Part shown: piece after piece, positions 14,076-28,813 of the stretch
Position numbering within the stretch: position 1 is the stretch's first letter
Layout: every line of letters starts with the position of its first letter
Assembly (NCBI GenBank): GCA_964016885.1
Contig: OZ024742.1
Location: forward strand, 279,372,001 to 279,436,000
Reading direction: 5' to 3'
DNA from: Eledone cirrhosa
Taxonomy: Eukaryota
Length of the DNA: 64,000 bases
Position numbers and translations under genes: made by a program
Notes under the pieces: generated by a model
Database searches by the model: none
Seen by the model: only the letters and a program-made list of their open reading frames with translations
Told to the model about the DNA's origin: nothing

Positions 14076-15454
14076 TAATACTCTCCTATATTTGAAGTTA
14101 ATTTGTGGCATTAATCAGCAGACTATTCATTTCCTATCAGTGCAGGGTTGTTTTGTTTTTCAAAGGGAATACGTTCTACTAATTACGGCTTTTATGGGAA
14201 TACATGGTTTTTCATCTCGACGACTACATTTCATACAACAATATGTTTCTTCCAGAGTTTACACTAACACCATCAACACCAACGTATGAGGATTCTAATT
14301 AGCTACAAGTCAAGCTGATAGACTTAAACGCACACTAATCCTGAATATAAAAAAGAAAATCTGCACAGAATTCATCCAGCAACAAAACGGAAAGGTATTC
14401 TAATACGAGATATAAGTAAGAGAAATTACGGAATACATGAACATTATACACCATGAAAGAAAATACGTCACTCAGAAATGTAGCAAACATGTTAGCAAGA
14501 TATTAGCGTGGCACAGACAGATGAAACTGAGACAAGAAACTTCAGAGAATAGAAAGAAATACCCAGATAAGATCGATGGCGGATGTCCCAGTGACCGACA
14601 AGTTCAACAGTAACAACCCAAACATATATGGCAGGACTACAGGAGATCCTCATATATTGTCCGTACTACAGTTACCGCTAAAATATGCCACATATATTAA
14701 GGTAAATATGATAGAAAGCTTAGCTGAGATAGATAAACATTTACAAAACCTAGATAGAAACTAAAAAAACATAAAAACATCAACAACACACACACAAAAG
14801 ATACAGACTAAAAAAAAAGCATACGATACACACACACAAGAAGCCATACACACAACAACAGCACATACAACAACAACACACACACAACACATACCTTTCT
14901 TCGAACAACGACAGGCACACAAAACAGATTAGAATATAACAGTGACACAGAGGGAAGGGATAATAATAATAATAATGAGAGACGTAGAGAAACTAGGCCC
15001 AATAACAATGACAGGGGAAATAACCAGGATGAACGCACAGACACGACACACAGAACAAACTAGAAAATAACAATGACACTGAGGTAAGGGAAAGGATAAA
15101 CAATGAAAGACAGAAACAACCATGAAGCTGTTGGTGTAAGGAAGTACAACAACACATCTGATACTTGAAACATAGTAGGCAATAAACCCTCAAGTTCCAC
15201 ATTCTATAATCCAACTGAAACGTCCATCGACATGCATCGCATTCATCCGACGTCGTTATCGTTTGCGTACCTGCTTCCCATTAGAAGCCGATGACCAAAT
15301 GGAGTCTCAATTCCCAATAGGTAGAACAAAACTACCAACAGCTTCCAGGCCTGGAACAATGGTGCACCAACGTTGTATGGGCTTTGCAAAGACCACAAAG
15401 CAAATATAGACCCTTAATGTACTTCGACTATGTAACCATCAATTATGACCGTTC

Positions 15455-15535
15455 CCTTGCTGATGATATCGCGTGACCGGTTTACGTGATTAAACAATCA
15501 CGTAGCCACGATCGTCATTGAAATATGTACCAGAG
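15455..15535 (+). ncRNA. Decayed hammerhead-like motif at the 3' end of a probable PLE-derived region (~14.1-15.6 kb)
   Basis: CTGATGA-tatc...tacgtgatt/aatcacgta hairpin...tcatt-GAAA-tatg-TA, followed by AATAAA. Stem I pairs poorly. Confidence 0.4.
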
Positions 15536-15637
15536 CTTTGTTAATAAACGACTCTTTAACATCTGCAGCGAACTTCGCATTTTCCTTATTATACACACAC
15601 ATACACACACGTATATATATGTGTATATTATATATAT

Positions 15638-15780
15638 AAAGAACAAAGATAGTGTGGTAAGATACCAGGTGGACCATAACGCACCAGAGTACACGATACT
15701 TAGGGTAGAAGAGTGGGTAATAGGAAAAGAATCAGGACACCGTCGGCTGAGCTCCTGCTGTTTCGACAGCTAGATCCGTT
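15638..15780 (-). repeat. Copy of the ~140-bp (TA)n-associated repeat that forms the palindrome at 53.1-53.4 kb
   Basis: ccaggtggaccataacgcaccagagtac...gagtgggtaatagga...cggctgagct is shared. Another fragment lies at 49576-49612. Confidence 0.75.
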
Positions 15781-15786
15781 CTCTCG

Positions 15787-15926
<140 letters not shown>

Positions 15927-15995
15927 TATGAAGAGAGAAGAAACATTTAGATATAATTAGTAATAAAATGTATCATACCTAAACTGCTCCTAGAT

Positions 15996-16085
15996 TCCTC
16001 GACTACGTAGTTTCGTGGCATAAACAAAAACAATACATCATAAAGATATAGAGTCCTTGCGAGGTCTGCCGACTTATCAAGAGGA
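15996..16085 (-). ncRNA. Type I hammerhead ribozyme, U3:A8 core variant
   Basis: Minus strand reads tcctc-TTGATAA-gtcggca...tgccac-GAAA-ctacgtag-TC-gagga, with palindromic stem III ACTACGTAGT and a GUC triplet. Confidence 0.8.
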
Positions 16086-16586
16086 TACCTCATTTTACTA
16101 GTCTCAAGAACGCGTCTACACGACGTGAGAAAGAATCCCAAAAGGCGGAGGGGGAGATAGTCACGCGATATAACGGTCGAGAAACAGAGCTAAGCCTCTT
16201 ATAACCCCGAAGAAAATACCACGGAGGCGGAGGGGGTATTTATATCGAAGCCGTAGAAGAGGTGGTGAAGGGGGCGAGAAGTATGAGTAATGGAAGCTTT
16301 CCAGCAGTCCCCACACTTCAAAGATTGCTCGATAAGAGGGAGTTATTAACAATATATTTAGAAACACACAGATACATGCGGACACACATATACATGAATG
16401 CATCCACACCCAACCGTGAGTTAAGGGTGCCAACTTCACCGATGTTGCTCAATGAATAACTGGGACAGACCAATTCGGTTGAACTAGACTGAACCAGTAT
16501 CAGAGTTAAAAATACATTATGAAGAGAGAAGAAACATTTAGATATAATTAGTAATAAAATGTATCATACCTAAACTGCTCCTAGAT

Positions 16587-16676
16587 TCCTCGACTACTTA
16601 GTTTCGTGGCATAAACAAAAACAATACATCATAAAGATATAGAGTCCTTGCAAGGTCTGCCGACTTATCAAGAGGA
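16587..16676 (-). ncRNA. Second copy of the U3:A8 hammerhead
   Basis: Same motif, offset 591 bp from the first copy, with one substitution in the stem III loop (ctaagtag). Confidence 0.75.
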
Positions 16677-16935
16677 TACCTCATTTTACTAGTCTCAAGA
16701 ACGCGTCTACACGACGTGAGAAAGAATCCCAAAAGGCGACGGGATAACAGGTTATCGTTATAGGCACTTTCGCGTGCTCCGATGAAAACGACTGGTTATA
16801 AACAAAGTATTGGAGATCGATTGACGCAAAATCAGGCGGGTAGCGAACTCTAGACATACCAGATCGAAGAAACATTTGTCACCAATGTTAATAAAACCCT
16901 TATTGTATAGCGAACCATGTCACTCTCTTTTCTTG

Positions 16936-17420
<485 letters not shown>

Positions 17421-17600
17421 CGTGCGTGTGTGTATGTATCTGCATACATATATACATTCATACATACATGCAGGCATACTTACATATATACATACATACA
17501 CATATATATATATATGCATGTATGTATGTATATATGTAAGTATGCATGCATGTATGTGTGAATGTATTTTAGGTAACTATGTACGTATGTAAGTATGTAT

Positions 17601-17979
17601 GGGAGAGATGACCCCTTAGCCTTTGTCAAGGCAGAATTCTAGGAGAAGGAAAACTCTGATATAACACCTGCAACCCTGATGGTATCCAATGATGTTGACT
17701 AGTTCTTCTTTTTGGTAAATATCATCTTGGTTAAGAGAGTGGGACTGGCTTTGTGCAGTGCCTTTGCTCACTATAAAAGCTTCACGGCACAGGCATTGCT
17801 TTTGGTACCATGGGCCCAGCACTATGTGTCAATAATTGTCACAAGTGTAGTGTTTGTACCAGCGTTTTCATGTAGCAGGCTGGACTAAAAAGTCACACTC
17901 GTTCAACGCATCGGTAGGGGTTCTCCTACATGGATATAAAGTAGTGGCCGTACTAGAAAACGAGTTGGCAGCCACCATG
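17601..17979. repeat. Inverted copy of 11514-11925
   Basis: The duplicated ORF translations match (CLYREAFIVSKGTAQSQSHSLNQDDIYQKEE versus CLCREAFIVSKGTAQSQSHSLNQDDIYQKEE). Confidence 0.85.
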
Positions 17980-18337
17980 TATGTATGTTCTTCTGGTATC
18001 ATAATTTCACAAAGTTTTACCAATAGAGAGAGAGTCGGTATGTATGTATGTATCTATGTATGTATGTATATTCTGTCTATCTGCCTATTTCAACTTAGAC
18101 TCATTCATTTATTCTTTTAAACTTCTTCATTCTGTTTGACATGTAAGTAAGAAACCAAAACCAAAAGTTATTAAACAATTTTTATGTATGTTGATTTGTT
18201 ATTGTTAAAGTTATTGTTTTTCTGATTTTGCTATTGTTATCTATTTATCTATTTTGCTGCTTAGTTTAATTTACTTGTTCCTTGATGTTCAGTCCGTGTT
18301 GCTCTTGTTATTGTTGTTATTATCATTGCCCTTACAG

Positions 18338-18530
18338 GGTGGTTGATTGGCAGTATCAGTAGAGGATCGGACGCCATGCTTTGACGCATAGAGTTGCTGT
18401 CCTTTCCATTCTGAGTTCAAATCCTTCAGTGTTTAAGTTTGCCATTCATCCTTACGGCGTTGATAAAATAAAGTACCAGTAATGCACTAGATAATTGCTG
18501 GCCTTGTGCCAAAAAGTAGAAACAATTATT
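18338..18530 (+). mobile_element. SINE family A
   Basis: A and B boxes, central domain and 3' agaaacaattatt. Confidence 0.9.
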
Positions 18531-19692
18531 AATGCTCCTACATTTCATTTTATTGTTTTCATAGTTGATTTGTAATTGTTGCTGTTGTTGCTATATTTAT
18601 TTTCTGTTGTTGCTGGTGACGTTGTTATTGTTTGTTGTTAATATTATTGTTAGTGCTACTTTATACTATTGTTCACATTGTTATAGTTGTTATTTTTGCT
18701 GCTGTCGCATTGTGGGATGTATGGGGTTAGATGAAATAACCATTTTTTTTCTTTTTGTTATTCCTGACCATTCCGATCTATGATCAATGTTTTGGGGAAT
18801 ATCTTTAAACCGCCTATAATATACAATATACTAGAATATTAGAACAGACAGAACAACAAGAAAAACAACAGCCAAAAAATGTTTAGGGATACAGAAATAC
18901 GTTTGACAATGACATGTGTAATGCTGATTAAAATTCATGCAATAATAAGTACATACACACATATACATGTACAATATACATATGTATAAACGATATATAA
19001 CAGTATAGCTATATATATCAATTGAGAAACAGCTAGTATTTTTAAAGATCTGGAAGTCATACTTTCTCAGTTGCTATATCGTTTCTATGGGGGTGCAGAT
19101 GGCGAGGAGAAGCGATCAAGGCCGGGACATAGTCATTATTCACTTAGACGAGTTGTTTTTCTTTTTCCTTTTTCTAATCCACCAATGTTCTGTGCTACAT
19201 ACATATATCTACAAACACATATGTATATATATATATGTATATATATAATATATATATATATGTATATACGTTTGTATATGTATAATAAAGCCAAAACAAT
19301 GCAGGTATGTTCATAGAATAAAGAATGCAAATACAAAAGATATTGTTGACAATTAGTCTTTTACCTTAGATTTATTTAAATGTCCTTAATTTTCGATATA
19401 ATATCTTTTCTTCGGAAGGAAGTAAAGCGGTTAAACCAGTGTTCTAACTAGCTTGCCAAGTCAACTATAACCTCCTCCATATGTATATATATTGTGCTAA
19501 AACAACAGAAGCCTATATCCGGGGTTGGTAGAGCACTCAGTCCAAAGGAGGAGTTCAGTATAAAATTAGCTCCAAAACGAACTAGCAAACTATACTTGGA
19601 AACACGTGTTTCTCTCGAAGAATTGAAGAATCCTTCGTGTGAAAAACACGTGTACTCAACTATGGTTTGCTAATTTATTGTGGAACTTACTG

Positions 19693-19757
<65 letters not shown>

Positions 19758-19835
19758 GCTCTCTCTCTCTCTCTCTCTCAATATATATATATGTATATAT
19801 ATATGCATGTATAAACCTACACACCCACACACACA

Positions 19836-19948
<113 letters not shown>

Positions 19949-20012
19949 CACGTATCTTACGTTTGTTTAAGCTCTTTCTGCCTCTCTCTACGCTTCCTCC
20001 TACATCTCTTTC

Positions 20013-20064
<52 letters not shown>

Positions 20065-20466
20065 GCCTGATTCTGTTACCCAGGGATTTATCCATCTACA
20101 TTGTAGAGGCTTCTGAAACGACTAACTTTTAATATATATATAAATATAGAGAGAATTTAGTATTGACCTCCGCTGAAGAATCACCTCGTTGGTCTTGACT
20201 ACGCGGATCTTCAATTTTATTTTATGAAATATTAGGTTGTTTCTGTGTGCAATGTTTTGTTAATGCATCAACTGCACACAAGATGCGTCGGTGAATCTAT
20301 ACAGTTCGTGTCATTCTTTGTGTTCCCACACAAAACCATTTATCAACTATATAATTTATTGTATCGACTCTAATATGTAGATTTGTATTTACAACAGACG
20401 TATTTTGTAAATTCACTGTGTTGGATAGCGGGGATCCTAGACGAAATCTAATTATAACTAGCGTGC

Positions 20467-20578
<112 letters not shown>

Positions 20579-20708
20579 CTGTGTGTGTGTGTGCAAAAAG
20601 CTCGTATGTTCAGAAAGCGACGAGGTGAGTTTTGAAACTATTTGAAATATGCATACATAAATATATTTATACATATATGTATGTGTGGATGTATGTGTCT
20701 GTATCTAA

Positions 20709-20746
<38 letters not shown>

Positions 20747-20769
20747 CGTTTCTGACCCTCCCAAAGTAT

Positions 20770-20809
<40 letters not shown>

Positions 20810-20852
20810 GAAAAGTATAGAAATTATTGTAGCAAGAAGCCAACAGTATTCC

Positions 20853-20894
<42 letters not shown>

Positions 20895-20984
20895 GTAATT
20901 CCGTCGGAAAAGTCCAGGAAAAAAGAGTGCTCTATGTAGGTAACAGAGCTTAATAGTTATGTAATAAACAACATAAGGCAATTA

Positions 20985-21044
20985 TTCCATTTACCAGTGG
21001 TTTCTTAAAAGCAAAAGATTTTCCTTTCAATCCTCAGAATGAAA
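20985..21044 (-). ncRNA. Type I hammerhead ribozyme motif
   Basis: Minus strand reads tttcatt-CTGAGGA-ttgaaaggaaaa..ttttgcttttaa-GAAA-ccactgg-TA-aatggaa. Confidence 0.8.
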
Positions 21045-21458
21045 AAATCCTGGTCTGTTTATTTAAGTTGGATTTTAAAAACAAAAATGCAATCTATATG
21101 AAAGTGAGGCTGGAGAAGGAAGAAGGAAAGGAAAAATAAAATAAAACTACACATTCAAACACACACACACACATATATACACACATATATGTGTATATAA
21201 ATACACACAAACACATACATATACACATATATACATACGCACATAAATATCAACACATCCATACATACACATACATATATACAACCACACACACATATAT
21301 ACATACATACATACACATAAATAAATGCACTCCTCTACATATTCACACACGCAAATAAATATAATATATTATTTTTGCTTTGCCCTTCACATACCTATGT
21401 GCATGTGTATGTATATTTGTGTGTATATATATATATATATATATGATAAAATGGGGAG

Positions 21459-21525
<67 letters not shown>

Positions 21526-21557
21526 ATATGTATGTATATGTAGATAGACCAGGTTTT

Positions 21558-21617
21558 TTTTATTCTGAAGATTGAAGGAAATATTTTTTGCTTTTAAGAA
21601 ACCACTGGTGAATGGAA
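21558..21617 (+). ncRNA. Hammerhead copy with a probably inactive GUG triplet
   Basis: CTGAAGA (21565-71)...GAAA-ccactgg-TG-aatggaa. Confidence 0.6.
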
Positions 21618-22386
21618 TAATTGATTTATGTTGCTTATTACTTTACTACTATATATATGTATATGTAAGGTTCATATGAATTATCTAAGACTGAGTTTTA
21701 CACACACACACATGTATATGTGTATGTATGTGTATGTATATATATATATATATATATGTATATGTGTGTGTGTGTGTTTGTATTTGGTTGTGCGTGTTTA
21801 TGATATGTACGTATTTGTATGTGTATAATTGTATAGCTATGTATGTATATGTGTGTGTGTATGTATACATATATGTGTGTGTGTATTTTTATATTTATCT
21901 ATATATATATATATATGTATGTGTATATAATTTCATATACATATGTGTGTGTATATGTGTGTGTATAATTGTATACGTGTGCGTGTGCGTGTTTGTGCAT
22001 GTATTTGTGTATGTGTATGTATGTGTTTATGTATTTGTATATGTATATTTATGTGTGAGAGTGTGTGTATGTATTTACTATTTCGTACGTATGTATACGT
22101 GTATTTGTGTGTATTACTTACCACGCGTGTCTGTCCGGTTACCTGCCGTTTGTATCGCTGTCAAAAAATTGTTTTACATATATATATATATATTTTTTTT
22201 TTTCTTATATTTATTTATGTGTGTGTGTATGTATGCTTTTGTGTGTGAGTGTGCGTATTTTTGTGTGTGTGTTTGCATGTGTAGTTTTATTTTATTTTTC
22301 CTTTCCTTCTTCCTTCTCCAGCCTCACTTTCATATAGATTGCATTTTTGTTTTTCAAATCCAACTTCAATAAACAGACCAGGATTT

Positions 22387-22446
22387 TTTCACTCTGAGGA
22401 TTGAAAGCAAAATCTTTTGCTTTTAAGAAACCACTGGTAAATGGAA
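22387..22446 (+). ncRNA. Type I hammerhead ribozyme motif
   Basis: CTGAGGA (22394-400), stem II ttgaaagcaaaa/ttttgcttttaa, then GAAA-ccactgg-TA-aatggaa. Confidence 0.8.
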
Positions 22447-22471
22447 TAATTGCCTTATGTTGTTCATTACA

Positions 22472-22519
<48 letters not shown>

Positions 22520-23099
22520 TTTGTTGTAAAGCCGAGAGCTTAAGTTTTGGAAATAATATACGTCTATTGTATAATATGTTATTCTTTTTTAGATTCATTT
22601 TAAAATCTCAGCAGTGTTTGTACATGCTTGACAATTTTAATAACTATTTGGTTCTTTTTTTTTTTCATGATTTATTATTTCTTTGCTCGTTTATATGTTA
22701 TGTATATAGCGAGCAGTTAACCAAACCCTGACAATAAAAGCAATTACAAAAAAAAAAAACGACCGCAAAAACAACCTTATATTATAAAAACAACGCAATA
22801 TTGCTGAATAAGCATAAAATCTTTCCAACTTACAATTACCACAATAAAATCACAAAAAATTATGAAGGCGCTGAATTCATCACTTTTATCGGCAAAACAC
22901 TAAGGACAATCAAATTTCCCTTGGGGGAACGTAACTCATGTTAGAGATATATTATGGGTGTTTTCTGTTTTAGACAAGGTATTTATAGGATAGCTTAAGC
23001 AGGGAATAATTGGTTAAGATGTGTAAGCCATTTGAAAAGACTAAAATGAAATTGAAAATAATGGTAACTATTGGATTGTGTTAGAGGATCTATTTGGTG

Positions 23100-24890
23100 C
23101 AATTATTTTTGCGAAACTATATTTTATATTTAATCTGTGGTATCCGGTTTGTTTAATCCTGTGAGCCGTAATATTTTTATCAATCACCACACGAACATGG
23201 GGTAATACTTGTCTATTTCTGTTTTCTAATGGGTTGTGCTCATATCTATGTATTTTCTTGTGTTTGAGTTACTACCAATACATCTACATACTTCCATCTA
23301 CTCTATGGACAGTGTCTCGTACGCATTTCATTGTCTTGTTGCCACATTTTACTTATGCAACTTATGCTGTATACATTTGTAACTTTACAATTTACTTGTG
23401 GGCTATCAGTAGAAAGGTTTCTTACAAGGATATGTTCTGATGATTAAGTATTTAATGGAGGTATATGATGTACCCACTACCTTAATATTTCATTTTAGTT
23501 TATCCGAACTCCTTCTAAATATGAGTTAGCCTATGTGAGTTGCATCAATGAAAATCACACTGGTAAGATTTGTTGACATACCACGAGTTTGCATTATCCA
23601 TTTTTACCCCTCTATTCTCTTCCACGATGTCTCCTATTCATCTGGTATACGATATTTGCAGAATTTTCTGTAACTTTCAAAATGTTCCTCGCTTCTTTGT
23701 ACATTGTGATCCTTTCCTTTTTATTGTATCCGGCAAACTGCATACAGTATTTGAAATTATGTATGTTTCTCTCTATCTATTTCTTCGGAATTTCACATGC
23801 AGAAAACAATCTTCATCACCCTTATTAGGTTCGCTAATATGACATCGATTTTCATCTTGTCGGAAATTACGCAGCTTCGGTGGATCAGATATTTGGAAGC
23901 CATGGCTGTAGCGGAATACGAATGAAGTATTTTTACATACTGCTTCTAGTTTGCTGTCAGAGTTATTTATCCTAGACAAGTAGTCTTGGGTTATAATGTA
24001 TATTTGGGTAGTCGATGGCTATAGTTACACACTTGTAGGTGTAGTGGACTAGTTACTGGATAGTCTCTATAGTGTTCACTACTAATATTTTATTGGTATC
24101 CCTAATATATTGAACTCATATACATGGTGGGAACACATTGTCAGGTATATAGAGCTACCAGTCAAGCCTTCTCTAAGTCTCCTGTCACACCATACCAAAA
24201 ACAGAGTTGCCGTTTGTGATATTTATGAAGCCCATACAACGCTGGCAACTCGTTTACTGAAACTTGGAAATTGCTCGCTATTCGCTTCTTTGGTTTTAAT
24301 ATGTTCGATCACATCAACATGTGAGCGTTGAGAGCTATCTCTTTTTCTTCATGTGTTCTTCATGTGTTGCATCATCTGAATGTAGTTCTGCTGGCTGTCT
24401 ATGGACTTTTTGCGGGATTGTCAGTACGGAAGCATTCGATCTCTCTCGTGCGTTGTATCAGCTTTCGTAGGGTATTTGTGGATTCCTCTCTCTTCTATTA
24501 TGTTTCTCTATAATCGGTCTGAGTTATGTCATACTAATATTAATTGTTCCTCACTCTGATTGTCAACGTGTGGCGGGTGCAACCTTCTTTAAAACAAGTT
24601 TTATCATAGGACTTATCGTATAAGTTGAAAAATGAAGCTGTTAACATTTCTGCTGCTAGCTTCATTTGCGTTGTCAACTTCACTATCGCCAGATTAATGA
24701 CAGTTACTTCTTTCATTATTATGTAACCTCTCTCTCTCTCTCTCTCTCTCTGTGTATGTAGGCTACGCCTACGTCTATTAGTTGGAGATTTCAAAGACTT
24801 CTTACTTGTTTACGGTGTCGTTATGGGAGGCTGTTGTTTATATTTTTATTGTCTTGAAAAGTGTTGTTCTTGTTGTTGTGGCTGCTAATG
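23100..24890 (-). pseudogene. Heavily decayed Penelope-like RT/GIY-YIG remnant
   Basis: Weak motif echoes on the minus strand (VYEFN..DYPVTSPL, FVFRY, NCKVTNVYSISC) in PLE order, with multiple stops. Confidence 0.35.
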
Positions 24891-24896
24891 ATGCTT

Positions 24897-26550
24897 TGAT
24901 TCAATTCAATTCAATTCAATTCAATATATTTGGCAGAAAATAAAACATAGATGCTTCAGATGACATGTAAGGAGGGGAGAGGGGCAACATTTACACAGTC
25001 GGAAACACAGTGGTCCAACACCGGTCCAATTTCGCCTTGAATTATTGTGTGGTTGGCGCGTTGACTACTTCTTCTGGAATCCGATTCCAGGGTCCAGAGA
25101 TGCGGATCGATAAAGCAGCTTTCCCTCTATTTAGGCGAAAGCGGCAGTGAAACAGCTTTTTATCATGTCAGCGTAGACCCCTTTCACGTGCCGGAGTGAA
25201 TAGGAGATCTTGAGGGAGATCGTAATGGCCATTGAAGAGATTGTAAGCCAAAATGAGATCGCCTCGTAGCCGTCGACGCTCCAAGGAGAAGAGGTTCAGC
25301 TTCTGCAGCCGGCTTTCGTAGGGCAGCTCATGAAGACCCTGTATCATTCGAGTCGCTAGTCGTTGAACTCTCTCCAAGTGATGGATATCCAGGATGAGAT
25401 ATGGGTTTGATGCTTGGATGCCATATTCTAGGTGCGGTCTCACGAGGGCGACATGGAAAGGCCTGAACATTTCTGGAGTGAGTTTGGCAAAGGAGCGTCG
25501 AATAAGAAAAAGATAGTTCCTTGCCTTGTTTGCGGCTGGAATGCAATGGTTTTGTGGTTTGAAGGACGAGTCGACCAGCAGACCAAGATCTTTAGTCTCC
25601 GCAACCTCCCTCAAAGGAGTAGTGCCGCATTGAAGATAAGACCTGAGTTATAAGGTGTACCCACTGCCATATGGCAACACCTATCGACATTGAGGTATAA
25701 ATCCCAGTCAATGGACCAACTCCACGCGCGCTGGACGCTGGACTGAGATTGTCAATCTCGCTCCTACGGGCTACCATTTTCACATCATCTGCAAATAGGA
25801 GCACGTTTCCACCAATCACGTCCGGCATGTCGTGATGTATAGAAGGAAGAGAATTGGGCCCAACACAGAGCCCTGGGGAACGCCACTGCCTACACCCACC
25901 CCCGACGACAGACTGCCATTGATCCGAACTCTGCAGTACGACCCTCAAAAATTGATCCAATCCACTTTATAATCGAGGCATGGAGACCATAGTTGCTGAG
26001 ATTATACAGGAGCAGGCGGTGGTTGACAGATTCAAAGGCTTTGGCGAAGTCGAGAAAGATAATATCGGCCGCATCTCCATCGTCTACTATCCTCGTCACC
26101 CATTCTTCCATCACGAGTAGGTTTGTGAGACAGGAACGTTTCGGGATGAAACCGTGTTGAGATGGAGAGATGGTAGTGAAAGACGCAAGATGAGTCATAA
26201 TTGCCCGCTTGATTAGAGATTCCAAGGCCTTACAGACAATTGAGGTGAGGCTCACGGGTCTGTAGTTCCCCGGGTCTTCTTTTTCGCCTTTTTTAAAGAT
26301 AGTGCAAATTGTAGCTACTTTCCAGTCGGCAAGAACAACTCAGGTAGCCAACTGCACCCACAATCGCTGGATGTAGACCGTCTGGACCATGCCCCTTATT
26401 CACATCTAAGGACAAAAGCAACTTTTCCACCTCGTCCGGTCTGACGGTGGTTGGCTGCATTGGTGGGGCGATCATGTTTAGATTTGGAGGTTCTCTGCCA
26501 TCGTCCTCTTTGAAGATATTTGCGAAAACATCGGCAAAAAGGAAGCTTGT
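24897..26550 (-). mobile_element. CR1-group LINE, 5'-truncated and frameshifted ORF2 RT
   Basis: KGHGPDGLHP, SLTSIVCKALE, QHGFIPKRSCLTNL, FLDFAKAF, LLFADDVK, KDLG, LVRPHLEY, LERVQRLATRMI and SLERRRLRGDLI, with a (TTGAA)n 3' tail at 24897-24925. Confidence 0.92.
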
Positions 26551-28197
26551 TGGTCAGCGTGTTTAATAGCGGATGGCTAGTTGTTGCTACTGTTATTCTT
26601 TCTGTTGCAGTTATTTCTTTTCTAAGTCTTCATTCAAATTTTGCAAAGTTTTTTTTTCTATATCAAATAGGCATTGTAATGCGATTACATTTTGTATTTT
26701 AGTGCTCCTCACGGTTACGTCGAGTTTTATCATATATTTCTGTCTATTTCTCTGTTCTGTCTTCAGCTATCTTTATTCCATTAATAATATCTGGATATCT
26801 ACCTATTTTTTTCGATTATCTGTGCTTACGTTTTCTTTAATTTAACCACAAAAAAAATTTGTTGGAAAGCCTGTTGCCTTTTTGAGTGATATTGAGTTGC
26901 ATTTTGTTCTATAATTTCTATGAATGCTTTTTGTTCTGTTGAATGTGATAATTTTATTTAGCTCATGTAGTATGTTTAAGGTATTCTTGTTGAGTACGTT
27001 CTACGTAGATTCCTCTTTATTGTCTAGACGTATATACACAAATACACCATATATGCAGAAAAATGAAAACTCATATAGAAACATGCACCAGTAGCAATAT
27101 ATAAAAACACAAACACACAAATGTCACAGAAACACACAAATTGACTCATTCACGTACAAATACAGAAAAAACAAAGAGAACAAAATGAAGTAGCTGGAAT
27201 AAAATCGAAAGGGTCGTTGACAGCCCAAAAATAGTGCTTGGGTAGTCACAGAATATGCGAGGAAAGTGCTTTGGCTCTATAATCACTCTGTGGCTAAACT
27301 AACCGATGAATGAATTATTTTCGCAACTAAAAACAAAAAAATAATAATAATAATAATTTCGAAATAAACGCTTCGTTTGTTTCAGGAATCAAACCCACGA
27401 ACTTATGTTCGTTAGTCCAATTTCCTGACCGATAGGCCACTCACTTTTCCAATTAAGTGCAAGGAATTACTGTGTCCAATTCCTTAGAGAACACGATTTG
27501 GCTACCAATTTCTGGTTTTTTAAACAAAATCATAAATCAGCATTCTCGTGAAGGATACACACACATAATACAATTTGCTATTTACCATCGCTCGTAAATC
27601 CAACGGTTTATGTAGGTGGTAGCGAGCCAAGATTTTATAAACTTAAACTATTATATTTTTTATACACAATATTGTTATTTATTAGAACTACTAAGCAAAT
27701 TTCACATTCGCAGAATTGGTAGGACATCTGGAAAATGGATTGTACACCTTTTGGTATTTCCATTCACGTTCTCAGTTCAAATCCCTCTAGGTTTAACTTC
27801 GTTTGACCCATCTGGGTTCAATGACGTTAAGTACCAGTCAAATATCGGCCTCGGTTTTTATCGTCTATAGTCCCTCATTTGAGAATATCTTGCATGTGCT
27901 AGCGGCAAAATTCATTATATTGTATGAATAGTTAATTAGCCGAATTGTTAGAGCTTCTGAGAAAGACCTTACAGTTTATTATGTTGCGAGTTCAGAATGC
28001 ACCAAGGTCTACATTATTTTTCACTGATCTATAAAATAAAGTACTAGACCACTCAAGCACTGGAGACGATATAATCGTGTGATCCGTTTCCACAAATATA
28101 TTGACTGATAACAATGCTACAAATCAGTGGTGGTAGATACGCTGAATAGTTAAAACCTTAGAGTAAATACATTACATTATCTAATTATGCCACCTAA

Positions 28198-28388
28198 GGG
28201 CGGTGGATTGGCAGTATCAGTAGAGGGTCGGACGCCATGCTTTCCAGCGTAGTTACGTCCCTTTACGATATGAGTTCAAATCCCGCCGAGGTTGACTTTG
28301 CCTTTCATTCTTACAGGGTAGATAAAATAAAGTACCAGTAATGTACTGGCTAATTGCTGGTCTTGTGCTAAAAAGTAGAAACAATTAT
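28198..28388 (+). mobile_element. SINE family A with TSD
   Basis: Full-length; tatctaattatg is present at both flanks. Confidence 0.9.
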
Positions 28389-28813
28389 CTAATTATGTCC
28401 GTTTATGTTCTCGTCTCAAATCCCACCTTTGGTTGACTTTCAAAGGTTCTATAAAATTAAGCAACAGGCAAGTAATATGGTCCATATCATTAAAATTAAT
28501 TCGGGAACATTGCAGCCCTTCGGTCCGTGTTAGTTATCGTTTATATATGTTTTCCTATAATTCTTCCTTATTAGGATGGTGTGTTAGCCGAACCATTCTC
28601 ACGTGGGACAACACATTTTACCGTATTTACTACGTGACTTTATATTCTGAGTTCAAATGATGTCCTGCATTTCATACTTTCAGGTTGATAAAATATACTA
28701 CCAGTCAAAAACTGGGGTGCTTTTAATCGACTTACCCGCACCTACTTAAGCAAATGCAGGCATCGTACTTAAATCAGAAACCATTATTGTTCCTTATCAT
28801 TATTTATGATAAT

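Larger units (their letters stand above)
20955..22476. mobile_element. ~1.5-kb non-autonomous element with ~210-bp tail-out inverted termini, each carrying a hammerhead, and a third internal terminus copy
   Basis: 20955-21165 is the reverse complement of 22265-22476. A partial direct copy lies at 21546-21650. The interior is simple repeats and (TA)n flanks the right end. Confidence 0.85.

Noticed and set aside
16775-16890. CCGATGA...GAAACATTTGTC hammerhead-like motif
   Set aside because: U4 is mutated and stems I and II cannot be drawn.
27365-27442. tRNA-like sequences (also 8770-8830)
   Set aside because: These are decayed SINE heads without a cloverleaf, not tRNA genes.
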